Below, one piece after another: positions 19,075-29,072 of a DNA stretch of 64,000 nucleotides. Positions within the stretch are counted from its first letter, which is position 1, and every line of letters begins with the position of its first letter. Both the position numbers and the translations under genes were made by a program. The notes beneath the pieces were generated by a model. It was not told where the DNA came from. It saw only the letters and a list, made by a program, of their open reading frames with translations, and made no database searches. Origin of the DNA: Vicinamibacteria bacterium (GTDB taxonomy: Bacteria; Acidobacteriota; Vicinamibacteria; Vicinamibacterales; UBA8438); assembly GCA_963579735.1 (NCBI GenBank), contig CAUZIB010000009.1, positions 13,491-77,490 of the forward strand. Reading direction: 5' to 3'.

Positions 19075-20016
19075 TCAAGACCAGATGTCCGCATCCGAGA
19101 GTCCGCGGTCCAACGCAAGCTCTGCCGCAATCGTTACGTCTGCTTGCATGTCGCCGTCGTGGCGAAACGGAGCGTAGTTCTGCCCCGAGACAAAGAGTCG
19201 GTAGGCACCCCGCGGTAGGCGTATCTCCGCCACGCCCTGCTCGTCAGTCAGGGCGCGATACGGGTGGACAGTGACCTTGGCACCGCGGACCGGAGTGTGG
19301 CGGACCGCATCCAACGCAACAACCGTCAAGCGGCAAGCCGGAGCCGGGACCACGCGGACGCCAAATCCGACGGCCCCATCCGCGTGTGGGACCTCTCGGC
19401 GATGGGCTAGAACCCTGGCTTCCCACGCATAGAGGCCAGACGTGGCGGGAGCTGTCAGCTCCACCTGGGTGCTGTAGAGCGCCGTCGTACCCGGCCAGGG
19501 AGCGTCACCGAGCGTGGCGGTCGCCTGCGGCCGTCCGTCGTGGTCGTGCACCGCCACCGACCACCCCTGGGTTTGGCACTCGGAGGCGCACGTGACGCCA
19601 AGCTGAGCGTGAAAGCGCTCCCCGCCTTCGACGGCTGGCGGCACATCCCACACAAGGACGCGCGTGGCGTGTGGTTTCACGACAAACGAAAACGGTGCCT
19701 CGGCCCCGCTGGACTCGGCGTCGGTATCGGTCGGCGCCGGATATACCGCGCGCCACATGTGCTTCCCCGGCATACGCGGCGCTTTCACCACGACGTCACC
19801 GGTGTGGTTCGCCTCACCGTCGAATTCGGAGAGTTCGATGTTCTCCACCACGCTGCCGTTTCGGTCCTCGATCTGAAGGCCAGTGCCCCGTAGATCACCG
19901 ACCGGAGACACTACGACCGTCACCCTGATCGTGAGGTCATGACCCGCGTCGACCTCTCGCGACACGACATCCACCCGACACGAGACGGTCTGTGTCAGTT
20001 CCTCTGCCGCGGCCAC
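19075..20016 (-). CDS. Hypothetical beta-sandwich protein with a C-terminal CarboxypepD_reg-like module
   Basis: Three Ig-like-looking segments. The last one (RLTVVALDAVRHTPVRGAKVTVHPYRALTDEQGVAEIRLPRGAYRLFVSG) resembles carboxypeptidase-regulatory-like domains. No signal peptide is seen. Confidence 0.5.
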   Translation of the reverse strand: MAAAEELTQTVSCRVDVVSREVDAGHDLTIRVTVVVSPVGDLRGTGLQIEDRNGSVVENIELSEFDGEANHTGDVVVKAPRMPGKHMWRAVYPAPTDTDAESSGAEAPFSFVVKPHATRVLVWDVPPAVEGGERFHAQLGVTCASECQTQGWSVAVHDHDGRPQATATLGDAPWPGTTALYSTQVELTAPATSGLYAWEARVLAHRREVPHADGAVGFGVRVVPAPACRLTVVALDAVRHTPVRGAKVTVHPYRALTDEQGVAEIRLPRGAYRLFVSGQNYAPFRHDGDMQADVTIAAELALDRGLSDADIWS

Positions 20017-20061
20017 CCGTGCGCTCCTCGCTCGCCGATGTGTGCCATCGCCATCCCCGTG

Positions 20062-22146
20062 TTAGATCGCAGGGTCCTCCGCCGCATGCGTGCCAGCGAT
20101 GTAGCCATGCACATGTCCCTTGCCCAGGCCATGCTTGTTGAACCCACCGACTGCCTCACCGCCGGCAAAGAGACCAGGAATAACCTCGCCTTGCATATCC
20201 ACGACTTGCTGCCGTCCGTTGACACGCAGCCCACCGTAGGAATCGTGCCAAATCACCATAATCGAGAGGGCATAAAAGGGAGGTGTGGCGATGGGACTCA
20301 TTGGCGCGTCAGCCTCCCGTTCAAATTCAGGGTCGACGCCGGCATCGGCATAGCCGTTCCACGTGGCCACCGTACGGGCCAAATGCTTCAATGGGACTCG
20401 CTGAAATTCGTGACCCGCCACGATCTTTTTGGCCAGCTCCTCAATGGTATCGGCTTTAAAAAAGTAGCCGTTGTCCGCGACATACGGATACCAGAGCTCC
20501 CACCCCGTCCGCTCGACCGCGTCCTGGTCAAAGATCGCCCACAACGGCCCTGAGTAATAGTCCGGAGGCTTCGACCCCTCGTTGATCGCCAGCGCGGCAT
20601 CGAGGCCGTGATCGTAGCTATACATCTCCCTGACCCACTCCTTCCGGCAGTTACGCCAGTCGAGCGGTGTATGCGCGAGCCCTTGGCCCGGAGCGCCGCC
20701 ATCACCGGGATACCGGTTCCCGCGGGGACGGGAAGGCAAACGGACCTCGTTGAAAAAGCGCTTCCCTACTTGGTTTACCGCGATGAACTCTTCAAAACCG
20801 GCGCTCCCGACATTGACCCCAGCGGACCCGCGGAATCCAAACGTCGGATGACCGGGCATCATGGTGGTATAGGCGTCTCGCGTACCGAGACGAGTCGAGA
20901 TGTGAAACGTCGTGGGATAGGAGACATTCTGTTGCATGCCAGCCAGGTTCGCGCCAACCCGCAATCCGGCGGTGAGTGCGCTGGCGTCTTGACCATGCGG
21001 TCCCTGCAGCGCATGACCGCTGGTCGGAAACGCGGGCTCGCGTAGCGCCGGGTAGAACATGCTCCGAACCTGCGGGTTACCGGCATGGCCACCACTGGCC
21101 AGGATGACCGCACGACGAGCTCCGATGCTTACCGTCTCCCGCTGTTCCTCGACATTGCCGTTCTGCCAGTAGCTCTCGAGACGCTCCCCCGTCTCAGGAT
21201 GGTGCCGTGGTGAGTAGTGAGCCCGAATCCCCAGCACCCGACCCGAAAACGGCTGTTCACGCACCAACTCGTCAAAATGGCGATGGAACATGAACTCGAC
21301 CCCCTTCTCTCGCGCCGAGAACTCCAGTGGCCGGGAGAGGGCCACGCCGTTACTGACGGCGTTGGGTGCCACAAAGCGGCTCGCGTCGTTCATCTGCACT
21401 GGCGCAAACGCGCTCGTGCGCTCGGGATCGGCGACACCCGCATCCTCTGCGGTGATCGTGCCTGCTTTGATATCAGTCTTGTCGCCAAGCATGAGGAAGC
21501 ATCGCGCCCCCCTGGCGCGCGAAAGGCCTCCACCGCCATGCGTACCATTGACCCGGGTAAATCGGACATAGTTGTCCATCAGAAACTGTCGGGTGGCCGG
21601 GCAGTTCTCCGCCCACGCCCGAACGAGCTCCCGTTCGTTGTACCGATAGGGGCTCTGGGCCTTCGTATCCAGGACCGACCAGTCCGTCAGATCCGTGAAC
21701 AGAAGGTCGACACTGTCGTCCAGCTCTTCCGGCGCTTCGGCCGGGTCGACCGTGATAAAGCCCTCGTCGTCACTCTCGCCTTTCATGTCCCGCCGCTGGA
21801 CGGGGTCCCCTCCGCCCAGCGACAAGAACGCACCGCTGTGCAACATCCGTCCGCCTGGGTCAAAATTCTGGTCGACCACCAACACGCTGGCGCCAAGGTC
21901 CCGCGCCCGTATCGCCGCCGTCAGACCCGCACACCCGCCCCCCGCAATGACGACATCCACTTCGTAGTCCCAGACAATGTCGTCGGTCGTCGCTTCGCGG
22001 CCCTGCGCGTGAGCCCCATCCGGCCTCAGCAAGGCGCCCGCACCGAGACCGGCCGCGGCTCCGGTTCTGACAAAATCTCGGCGACTCAGACCGTTTACTT
22101 TTTTGGGTTCGTGATCATTCCGCGTTGTGTCGGATGTCTTGGCCAT
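20062..22146 (-). CDS. Tat-exported FAD-dependent oxidoreductase (FAD_binding_2, fumarate reductase/KstD-like)
   Basis: Twin-arginine motif SRRDFVRTGAAAGLGAGAL. Dinucleotide fold VDVVIAGGGCAGLTAA. C-terminal GLFAGGEA motif. Confidence 0.8.
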   Translation of the reverse strand: MAKTSDTTRNDHEPKKVNGLSRRDFVRTGAAAGLGAGALLRPDGAHAQGREATTDDIVWDYEVDVVIAGGGCAGLTAAIRARDLGASVLVVDQNFDPGGRMLHSGAFLSLGGGDPVQRRDMKGESDDEGFITVDPAEAPEELDDSVDLLFTDLTDWSVLDTKAQSPYRYNERELVRAWAENCPATRQFLMDNYVRFTRVNGTHGGGGLSRARGARCFLMLGDKTDIKAGTITAEDAGVADPERTSAFAPVQMNDASRFVAPNAVSNGVALSRPLEFSAREKGVEFMFHRHFDELVREQPFSGRVLGIRAHYSPRHHPETGERLESYWQNGNVEEQRETVSIGARRAVILASGGHAGNPQVRSMFYPALREPAFPTSGHALQGPHGQDASALTAGLRVGANLAGMQQNVSYPTTFHISTRLGTRDAYTTMMPGHPTFGFRGSAGVNVGSAGFEEFIAVNQVGKRFFNEVRLPSRPRGNRYPGDGGAPGQGLAHTPLDWRNCRKEWVREMYSYDHGLDAALAINEGSKPPDYYSGPLWAIFDQDAVERTGWELWYPYVADNGYFFKADTIEELAKKIVAGHEFQRVPLKHLARTVATWNGYADAGVDPEFEREADAPMSPIATPPFYALSIMVIWHDSYGGLRVNGRQQVVDMQGEVIPGLFAGGEAVGGFNKHGLGKGHVHGYIAGTHAAEDPAI

Positions 22147-22361
22147 GACTCGTCCTCAAATGTCGGCAGCGGTGACTGTGCTCGCGGTTTGGAGCCCCGG
22201 GGCACTCGAAACGACCGTGGACCGTATCTGACGGTGCTCACGAGCGGCCGGGCGCCCTGGGCATGACCACGGTAACAGGGGATTCGGCGTCGCACAACTC
22301 TCGGGTCGTTCTAGGGCGCGAGTGATTTTTTGGAAAGTGTTCTCCCGCTTCGCGGGACCGG

Positions 22362-23111
22362 TTAGTGGACAAGAAAACGGCGGTAGTTATCTCGGTCAAT
22401 CACCAACGTGACATCGTCACCCGGTGCGCCCAATGGCTGCCCGCGTTGTCGATTGATCGAAAAGGCGAACGCCGCGGCGTCACCGGCCTCAATGACCATG
22501 CGTTGGTGCACCTCGTGGACCTCGCGTTCCCCCGCGCGCACGAGTCGGGAGAGTACTCTCATTCCGTCGACGGTAAGCGACACATGACAGTCCGCCGTTG
22601 GATGGATTTCGACCATGAGAGGCCGCGCGATGGGATCAGTGTCGGCCCAGTTCGGCAGACCAACCGCCACCTCTGCCCCTCGACCCGAGGGGGCGTTGCC
22701 ACTCAACGGGAAACCATTTCGCAACGTGAGGACAACCCAGCCGACACCGAGTGCAACGCTGAGAAGCATCAATCCTACTCCCAGAGCGATCAACCGTCGG
22801 CGACCATCGGACACGGCCGTATCGATGTCGTCTCGTGTTCGACGGAAAGTCGCGCTCTGGGTTGCTGGCAACGCGTCAAAAAACGCTTCAACCGTCTTCT
22901 CTGGGTCAAGACCTACCTCGCGAGCGTAAGTCCGTACAAACGAACGGCCGAAAATACCGCCGGGCACGTGTGAGACATCGTTCCGCTCCAATGCCTCCAA
23001 CACGGTGAACGGAATCTTCGTCGTCAATGCGAGCCGACGGAGCGTCACCCCGTCGCGCTCTCGTGCTCCACGCAACAGGGCGCCAACATCAGGAGGATTG
23101 AAGTCAGACAC
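22362..23111 (-). CDS. rodZ: RodZ-like cytoskeleton protein (HTH, TM segment, DUF4115)
   Basis: XRE-type HTH with GGIFGRSFVRTYAREVGLDP, a single TM segment, and a C-terminal DUF4115-like beta domain. Confidence 0.7.
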   Translation of the reverse strand: MSDFNPPDVGALLRGARERDGVTLRRLALTTKIPFTVLEALERNDVSHVPGGIFGRSFVRTYAREVGLDPEKTVEAFFDALPATQSATFRRTRDDIDTAVSDGRRRLIALGVGLMLLSVALGVGWVVLTLRNGFPLSGNAPSGRGAEVAVGLPNWADTDPIARPLMVEIHPTADCHVSLTVDGMRVLSRLVRAGEREVHEVHQRMVIEAGDAAAFAFSINRQRGQPLGAPGDDVTLVIDRDNYRRFLVH

Positions 23112-23122
23112 GGCTAGGTTAC

Positions 23123-23824
23123 CTATAGGCGCCTGGGGGGCGCGCTGTCAAACGACCTACGCAATCCTTCCACGAGCTGCGCAAATGCGCCCGGCTTTGC
23201 CCCCGCGGCCGTCGCCAGTGTTCCCACCACGGCCACACCGGCCGCGCCCGCGCGAGCGACCAATGCCGCGCGCTCGATTGTGATGCCGCCAATGGCCAAG
23301 ATGGGCAGTGACACCCGCCGCGCAACGTCTTCCAATACGGCCAATCCGACCGGCTGGCCGCCGGGCTTGGAGTCGGTCTCGAACACAGCACCCACCGTCA
23401 GCGTGTCGACGTGCTCGATGACACGACTGCCGACAAGCCGTTCCACGTCGTGGATACCGTGGACGGACTGACCAACCCACCAGCGCGGCGGTGCCATCGA
23501 CCTCACGCGAGCGGCGGATATCGACGTCCCTTTGAGATGAATACCGTGGGCTCCCGCGACCACCGCCACATCAACTCGGTCGTTGACAATGATCTTGGTG
23601 TGGGTCGACATGGCTGCCGCCACCGCGCGCTGGACGAGCGCGATGAGTGGACGGGCAGGCAGGTCGGGTTCACGAATATGCACGAGATCGACACCGGCCT
23701 GCACGGCCGACAGAATGAACGCGGAAAGCGGCTCGATGTCATCAGGACGAGCCGCCGGTGCCAGGCGGCGACGATCGGAAACCATGCATACCAGCGGGCG
23801 GGACCGTGCGACAGCCGCGGTCAC
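23123..23824 (-). CDS. thiE: Thiamine-phosphate synthase
   Basis: VHIREPDL, GIHL and ILAIGGI motifs. Confidence 0.8.
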   Translation of the reverse strand: MTAAVARSRPLVCMVSDRRRLAPAARPDDIEPLSAFILSAVQAGVDLVHIREPDLPARPLIALVQRAVAAAMSTHTKIIVNDRVDVAVVAGAHGIHLKGTSISAARVRSMAPPRWWVGQSVHGIHDVERLVGSRVIEHVDTLTVGAVFETDSKPGGQPVGLAVLEDVARRVSLPILAIGGITIERAALVARAGAAGVAVVGTLATAAGAKPGAFAQLVEGLRRSFDSAPPRRL

Positions 23825-24180
23825 ACCTCCTCACCCACGTCGGGGGTTCGCAGCGCCGGATAGCGCCGAGCCCCGCCACTTCGGGCGCGGTGCCACGCGA
23901 CAACCAGGCTCCATGCCTCACATCCGCCCGCCACAAAGCTCACCACGCCCAACGCACTGATCGCACCACGAGTCGCTCCGCTGGTCAGTACGACTTCGAG
24001 CCATGGCCACGCTTCCACAAAGTAGTTGCGGTCCCAGAACTTTGTCCACGGGGCAACCGACAGCACAAGTCCCGCTTCGAGCAGATAGACGATGAGCAGG
24101 GTGAGGCTAAAACGCGAGATGGCAGTTGCCTCAGATTTGTCGCGCGAGTCACTTTCCCAACGGGCCCTCAATCCTATCAA
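23821..24180 (-). CDS. Small hypothetical membrane protein
   Basis: Hydrophobic segments FSLTLLIVYLLEAGLVLSV and AISALGVVSFVAGG. 4-nt overlap with the thiE start. The start is uncertain: TTG at 24180 or 24171, with the ORF open to 24282. Confidence 0.35.
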   Translation of the reverse strand: MIGLRARWESDSRDKSEATAISRFSLTLLIVYLLEAGLVLSVAPWTKFWDRNYFVEAWPWLEVVLTSGATRGAISALGVVSFVAGGCEAWSLVVAWHRARSGGARRYPALRTPDVGEEV

Positions 24181-24793
24181 ACAGCGCGGACGGTCGAAAC
24201 GAACGACGATGAGACGGGGAGTATCCGAACCGGGCGAGCGCGTCAAGATGCCGCGCGGTCCCGTATCCCTTGTGCCGGTCAAACCCGTATCGAGGGTCAG
24301 TCTCGTGGAGCGCGCACATCGCGGCGTCGCGGGTCACCTTCGCGATGATCGAAGCAGCGGCGATCGCCGAGCACCGACGATCACCCCTCACAATAGCCTG
24401 CTGGGCGATGCTCAACTCGGGAATCTCGAAACCGTCGACAAGGGCAAAGTCGGGCAGTGGATCCAGCGCCTCGATCGCGCGACGCATGGCATGGAGCGAG
24501 GCGTGGTAAATGTTGATTCGATCGATCTCGAACGGGTCGGCCGACGCCACACTCCAGGCTTCGGCGCGGTGCTTGATCTCCTCCGCGAGCCGCTCTCGAG
24601 CGCGTGGGGTGAGGAGCTTCGAATCGCGGAGCCCGACAATGGCGCGGGTAGGACACAGCACCACGGCCGCAGCGACCACCGGTCCCGCCAAGCAGCCCCG
24701 TCCGACCTCATCGACCCCGGCGACAGAGCCGAATCCTCGTCGCCGGACCGCATTCTCGACCGCGCGGGACGCTGATCGACGGGACGATGCCAC
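24149..24793 (-). CDS. rnhB: Ribonuclease HII
   Basis: VAGVDEVGRGCLAGPVV and DSKLL motifs. GTG start. Confidence 0.9.
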   Translation of the reverse strand: MASSRRSASRAVENAVRRRGFGSVAGVDEVGRGCLAGPVVAAAVVLCPTRAIVGLRDSKLLTPRARERLAEEIKHRAEAWSVASADPFEIDRINIYHASLHAMRRAIEALDPLPDFALVDGFEIPELSIAQQAIVRGDRRCSAIAAASIIAKVTRDAAMCALHETDPRYGFDRHKGYGTARHLDALARFGYSPSHRRSFRPSALFDRIEGPLGK

Positions 24794-24993
24794 AGCGGAA
24801 ACTAGTGTCCCGCCTCAGTGATTCGTTGCATACGTCGCGGCACGCGGCGCCCGGCGGGCCAGGCACGACGAGGGAGAATATTTGGCATATTCGACCGAGG
24901 AGCAACGCCGCCAGACGGGACGCCCCGCCCGGGACTTGGGCAAGGAATCACTGACGGGGGACACTCGTCGCCCGTGTGACTGCAACGGCGAAG

Positions 24994-25338
24994 CTACCGA
25001 CGGCGCAGCTCTTTCATCCGGGCGGCCTTGCCGCGCAGATTTCGCAGGTAATACAGCTTGGCGCGTCGAACCCGGGCCGAACGGACCACTTCGATCTTGT
25101 CGATGATTGGCGAGTGCAGCGGAAAGATGCGTTCGACGCCCTGTCCGAACGACACCTTTCGCACCGTAAACGTAGCACGACACCCGCCCCGATGCTGCCC
25201 GATGATGATGCCTTCAAAGATCTGGATACGCTCTTTCTCGCCCTCTCGTACCTTCACGTGGACGCGAACGGTATCCCCTGGCCGCATGTCCGGACGCTCA
25301 CGCAGATGCGTGGCTTCGATTGCTTCGATTGCCTTCAT
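24994..25338 (-). CDS. rplS: 50S ribosomal protein L19
   Basis: [29 protein letters not shown]...FTVRK. ATG at 25338. Confidence 0.95.
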   Translation of the reverse strand: MKAIEAIEATHLRERPDMRPGDTVRVHVKVREGEKERIQIFEGIIIGQHRGGCRATFTVRKVSFGQGVERIFPLHSPIIDKIEVVRSARVRRAKLYYLRNLRGKAARMKELRRR

Positions 25339-25354
25339 GTTCCTGTCCTTGTCC

Positions 25355-26101
25355 TCACGAGTGCCGCCGATCTCGGAGATCACGCAGCACCTGACGTTCC
25401 TCGTCGTCCAAAACCAAATCCGGCTGCTCGAGCAGCTCGGGTCGTCGTTCGAGCGTTCGTTCAAGCGCGCGCCGCATACGCCAGCTCCGAATGTTCCCGT
25501 GGTTCCCCGACCGCAACACCTCGGGGACCACCCGTCCATTTACCTCCGGGGGACGCGTATAGTGGGGATAATCGAGCAACCCCCTGGCAAACGAGTCGGT
25601 TTCCACCGACGCCGCGTCCCCCACCACTCCTGGTATCAATCGGCCCACCGCGTCCAGAATCACCAAAGCGGGCAATTCACCACCACTCAGCACGTAATCC
25701 CCGATCGAAATCTCCTCCGAGACCACGTCCTCTCGGACGCGCTCGTCGACCGCTTCATACCGGCCACACAGCAATACGAGATGGGAAAGTTGACTGAGGC
25801 GATGTGCATGCGCATGAGTCAACGGTGTCCCCTGCGGTGATGTCAGCACCACCGTGCCCCCCTCGCCACGACTACGCCGGACATGTTCCACGGCGCGCAG
25901 AAACGGCTCCGGCTTCATCACCATCCCGGGACCGCCGCCATACGGACCATCGTCCACCGTACGATGCGTATCCGTCGCGAAATCGCGAAGGTCATGCACC
26001 GCGACGTCCAGCAGCCCTCGCTCGGCGGCGCGGCCCACAACGCCTCCGGTCAAACCCGCCTCGATCATCGCGGGAAAAATCGTGATGACGTCAAACTTCA
26101 C
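25355..26101 (-). CDS. trmD: tRNA (guanine37-N1)-methyltransferase
   Basis: [18 protein letters not shown] and LLCGRYE motifs. GTG at 26101 is preceded by GAAGGGGG; ATG at 26146 is an alternative. Confidence 0.9.
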   Translation of the reverse strand: MKFDVITIFPAMIEAGLTGGVVGRAAERGLLDVAVHDLRDFATDTHRTVDDGPYGGGPGMVMKPEPFLRAVEHVRRSRGEGGTVVLTSPQGTPLTHAHAHRLSQLSHLVLLCGRYEAVDERVREDVVSEEISIGDYVLSGGELPALVILDAVGRLIPGVVGDAASVETDSFARGLLDYPHYTRPPEVNGRVVPEVLRSGNHGNIRSWRMRRALERTLERRPELLEQPDLVLDDEERQVLRDLRDRRHS

Positions 26102-26228
26102 GCCCCCCCTTCGCCCCACCTTGACGCTCGCGGTGGATGAATACACCCCTCGGTCACCGAGGCCGCCACACTTCCAATCGCCAGGTCGCCGTGCGGACGT
26201 ACTTCAAGACACGGCGTCTGACCGGCTG

Positions 26229-26819
26229 CTAGCGCCGATTCAATTCCAACAGTCCCTCGGGCGGGTCGACCACCACGACCTTCGCCGCCGTATCCACTTG
26301 CACGCAAATCGGGTCGACGAGAGGAATGTCAATCTCGTCGTCTCCTCCAGCTTGGCGCACCAGCAAGCGACTGATTCCGCCGGCGTGCTCAACATCAGTC
26401 ACGATACCCACCACCACGTCGTCATCGCGGGTGCGCACCTCACATCCCAAGAGCGCGTGAGTGTAGTACGACCCGCCTGGCAGCGACTGCTGTTCCGCAC
26501 GTGGAATCCGGAGCTCTTTGCCCGCGAGCGACTGCGCGTCGGTGATGCTCTCGAACCCCGCGATACCGACGATCGGCCGGCCTCGCTGGATGCGCGCCGA
26601 AGTAATACGGAGCGCGGTCACCCCGTTCGCGACGGCAACGTAGACATCGCCGCCCGGTCGAAAGCGCCGTTCGGGAAAGTCCGTATCCGAGTCGATGACA
26701 ACCTCACCGCGCCGTCCGTGGGTGCGGGCAATCCTCCCGATGGCGATCATGGCTCGCCAATCATGGCATTCGCTCGAGGCGTCACCCGGCACGTCGTCAA
26801 TGGTCAGTGGGGCGCTCAT
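26229..26819 (-). CDS. rimM: 16S rRNA processing protein RimM
   Basis: IAIGRIARTHGRRGEV and PRC-barrel C-terminus. ATG at 26750 is an alternative start. Confidence 0.85.
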   Translation of the reverse strand: MSAPLTIDDVPGDASSECHDWRAMIAIGRIARTHGRRGEVVIDSDTDFPERRFRPGGDVYVAVANGVTALRITSARIQRGRPIVGIAGFESITDAQSLAGKELRIPRAEQQSLPGGSYYTHALLGCEVRTRDDDVVVGIVTDVEHAGGISRLLVRQAGGDDEIDIPLVDPICVQVDTAAKVVVVDPPEGLLELNRR

Positions 26820-26846
26820 TGTTCTTCAGTCGCCAGTCGTTGCTCT

Positions 26847-27092
26847 TCAGTCGTCACTGACAAATTCGACCGAGGCCTCGGAACCTTCCAGCTCTGCCGT
26901 GATGCTCACCAGCGTGCGCACCGCGGCCGCGGTCCGGCCCTGACGACCAATCATTTTCCCGAGGTCGCCATCGGCGGTTCGGACTTCGACACACACGCCA
27001 CTCCGTCGCTCGGTCGTTGTAACTTCGACCTCCTCCGGGTGGTCGACGAGTTGCCGGGCGACGGCGTCGACGACCTCCGCGACCCGGCTCAC
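26847..27092 (-). CDS. KH-domain RNA-binding protein (YlqC/UPF0109)
   Basis: GKMIGRQGRTAAAVRTLV KH motif. GTG at 27092 overlaps the rpsP stop (GTGA). Confidence 0.8.
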   Translation of the reverse strand: MSRVAEVVDAVARQLVDHPEEVEVTTTERRSGVCVEVRTADGDLGKMIGRQGRTAAAVRTLVSITAELEGSEASVEFVSDD

Positions 27093-27373
27093 GACTCGCT
27101 GACTTCGGGGCTGGCCGCGACGTCGGCGCCGACCACCACGTTGGGGTGTCGACCAAGCAACGTGCGCACCGTGTCGGTCGGCTGAGCACCCCGCGCCACC
27201 CAATGATCCAACCGTTCGCGGTTCACCTCGAACGCCTCGGGTTGCGAGGTCGGATTGTAGTGACCAAGCACCTCAACCGACCTGCCATCCCGGGCGGTAT
27301 GCGAGTCGACCACCACGACTCGAAAGAACGGACGCTTCTTCGCGCCAAGTCGCCGCATTCTGATTGCTAGCAT
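27089..27373 (-). CDS. rpsP: 30S ribosomal protein S16
   Basis: MLAIRMRRLGAKKRPFFRVVVVDSHTARDGR. Confidence 0.95.
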   Translation of the reverse strand: MLAIRMRRLGAKKRPFFRVVVVDSHTARDGRSVEVLGHYNPTSQPEAFEVNRERLDHWVARGAQPTDTVRTLLGRHPNVVVGADVAASPEVSES

Positions 27374-27470
27374 CTAATGCTCCCTGCTCCCTATATTCGC
27401 CTGCTCTACAGTGTTCCTCGGACAAAACGAGTGACCCGCACCTCACGGCCATCTGTGCGCGCATGCCGCT

Positions 27471-28841
27471 TTAGGACGGCAAGCGGCGAGGGCGCGCGAG
27501 ACCGAGTCGACCCGCCCGGCGCCGGCCTTTCACTTTTTTCTTGGTCAGACCGGTGACCGCCTTCATCATCTTCCGCATCTGTGCGAATTGTTTGAGCAAC
27601 TGGTTCACGTCCGACACCGAAGACCCGCTGCCCTGTGCGATCCGTTTTCGCCGACTGCCGTTGATCACTCCTGCGTTTCGACGTTCGGCAGGCGTCATCG
27701 AATCGATGAGGGCCGCGGTGCGGGTAATGTGCTTCGGATCGACATCCCCGGCCTGGGCCATAGCGCGTGCCCTGCCAAGCCCGGGAATCATACCCATCAA
27801 CTGGTCCAACGGGCCCATTTTACGTATGGCGTCCATCTGTCCCCGCAGATCCTCGAGCGTGAACTCCTGACGCCGCAACTTGTCCGTCAGTCGTTCGGCG
27901 TCCTCCTTGTCAACCGCCTGCTCGGCGCGCTCGACCAAGGTCAGGATATCGCCCATGCCCAGCATCCGAGACACGAGGCGGTCCGGCTGGAACAGCTCGA
28001 AGTCCTCGAGCTTCTCTCCCACGCCAGAAAACGCGATGGGCACGCCCACGACTGAAGCCACCGACAGGGCGGCGCCGCCGCGGGCGTCGCCATCCATCTT
28101 TGTCAGAACCAACCCGGTCACCGCGGTTTGGCGATGAAACTCTCCGGCGCTCTTGATTGCGTCCTGCCCCGTCATGGCGTCTGCGACGTAGAGCAGATCA
28201 GAGGGCGACACCGCCGACTTGATCGCGGCCAGCTCGGACATGAGTTCAGCATCGATATGGAGTCGTCCCGCGGTATCCACGATGACGGTGTCAAATCCAA
28301 GCTCTTTCGCAGCGCTCACCGCCGTTTTGGCTCGCCGTACCGGGTCCATCTCGCGCTCGGGATCGTGGACCCGCAGACCAGCCTGCTCGGCGAGCACCGT
28401 CAGCTGAGCGATGGCAGCCGGGCGTCGGACGTCGGTCGAGACCAAAATCGGATGGCGGCCCTGTCCGACCAGCCAGCGCCCCAATTTGGCCGAGGTGGTG
28501 GTCTTCCCCGAACCTTGGAGCCCAAGGACGAGCACGACCTGAGGTGTCGTGGATGCCTGTTGCAGCCCGTGGCCGCCCGCGCCCAACAACCCCAGCATCT
28601 CGTCGCGGACGATCCCCACGATCTGTTGGGATGGCGTGAGGCTTTCCAGCACCACCCGGTCAATCGCCCGGTCCCTGACTCGGTCGACAAACGCCTTGAC
28701 GACTTTGAAGTTGACGTCGGCTTCTAGCAGCGCCATCCGAATCTGACGGAGCGCCACCTCGACCACTTCCGGGGTGAGCCGCACTTCACGCCGAAGCGAC
28801 TCGAACACGTCTTGAAATCGGCCCGAAAGTGCGTCGAACAT
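27471..28841 (-). CDS. ffh: Signal recognition particle protein
   Basis: GLQGSGKTTT, DTAGRL and a C-terminal M-domain rich in Met. Confidence 0.95.
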   Translation of the reverse strand: MFDALSGRFQDVFESLRREVRLTPEVVEVALRQIRMALLEADVNFKVVKAFVDRVRDRAIDRVVLESLTPSQQIVGIVRDEMLGLLGAGGHGLQQASTTPQVVLVLGLQGSGKTTTSAKLGRWLVGQGRHPILVSTDVRRPAAIAQLTVLAEQAGLRVHDPEREMDPVRRAKTAVSAAKELGFDTVIVDTAGRLHIDAELMSELAAIKSAVSPSDLLYVADAMTGQDAIKSAGEFHRQTAVTGLVLTKMDGDARGGAALSVASVVGVPIAFSGVGEKLEDFELFQPDRLVSRMLGMGDILTLVERAEQAVDKEDAERLTDKLRRQEFTLEDLRGQMDAIRKMGPLDQLMGMIPGLGRARAMAQAGDVDPKHITRTAALIDSMTPAERRNAGVINGSRRKRIAQGSGSSVSDVNQLLKQFAQMRKMMKAVTGLTKKKVKGRRRAGRLGLARPRRLPS

Positions 28842-29072
28842 CGTTATCGCGTCTTCGTGTACGGGGCAGGAAGGCTAGTAAGCCGTGCGACTGATTCGTT
28901 GGGCGAACTCGTGGCGCGGCGCTCGGCCGACAATGCGCGAGGAGCGAGCACGTTGGATGTTTGTGACCGACGGGCAGAGATGTCGCGCCGGGAATTCCGT
29001 GAACGAATTAGTCACACAGTCCACTAGACAGGCAAAGCTATAGGCGTAAGCGCTTGAAGCACAATCGCTTAT

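Noticed and set aside
22320-22361. Intrinsic terminator after the rodZ-like gene (TCCCGC-GAA-GCGGGA)
   Set aside because: The stem is short with a 3-nt loop. On the transcribed (minus) strand it is followed by GAACACTTTCC rather than a U-tract; the T-run lies on the wrong side.
24876-24892. Inverted repeat GAATAT-TTGGC-ATATTC in the rplS-rnhB spacer as an operator or sigma-54 site
   Set aside because: It is a short (6-bp arms) single occurrence with no TGGCAC-N5-TTGC match. There is not enough evidence to call a feature.
25854-27185. Long plus-strand ORF (443 aa) and many similar 200-400 aa ORFs antisense to confident genes (for example 7430-8158, 21217-22266, 34409-35383, 38898-40022, 41194-42300, 49703-50605, 51760-52584, 53740-54894)
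   Set aside because: They are Arg/Pro/Ala/Gly-rich, have no recognisable motifs, and lie exactly opposite well-supported genes. These are typical shadow ORFs of high-GC DNA, where stop codons are rare.
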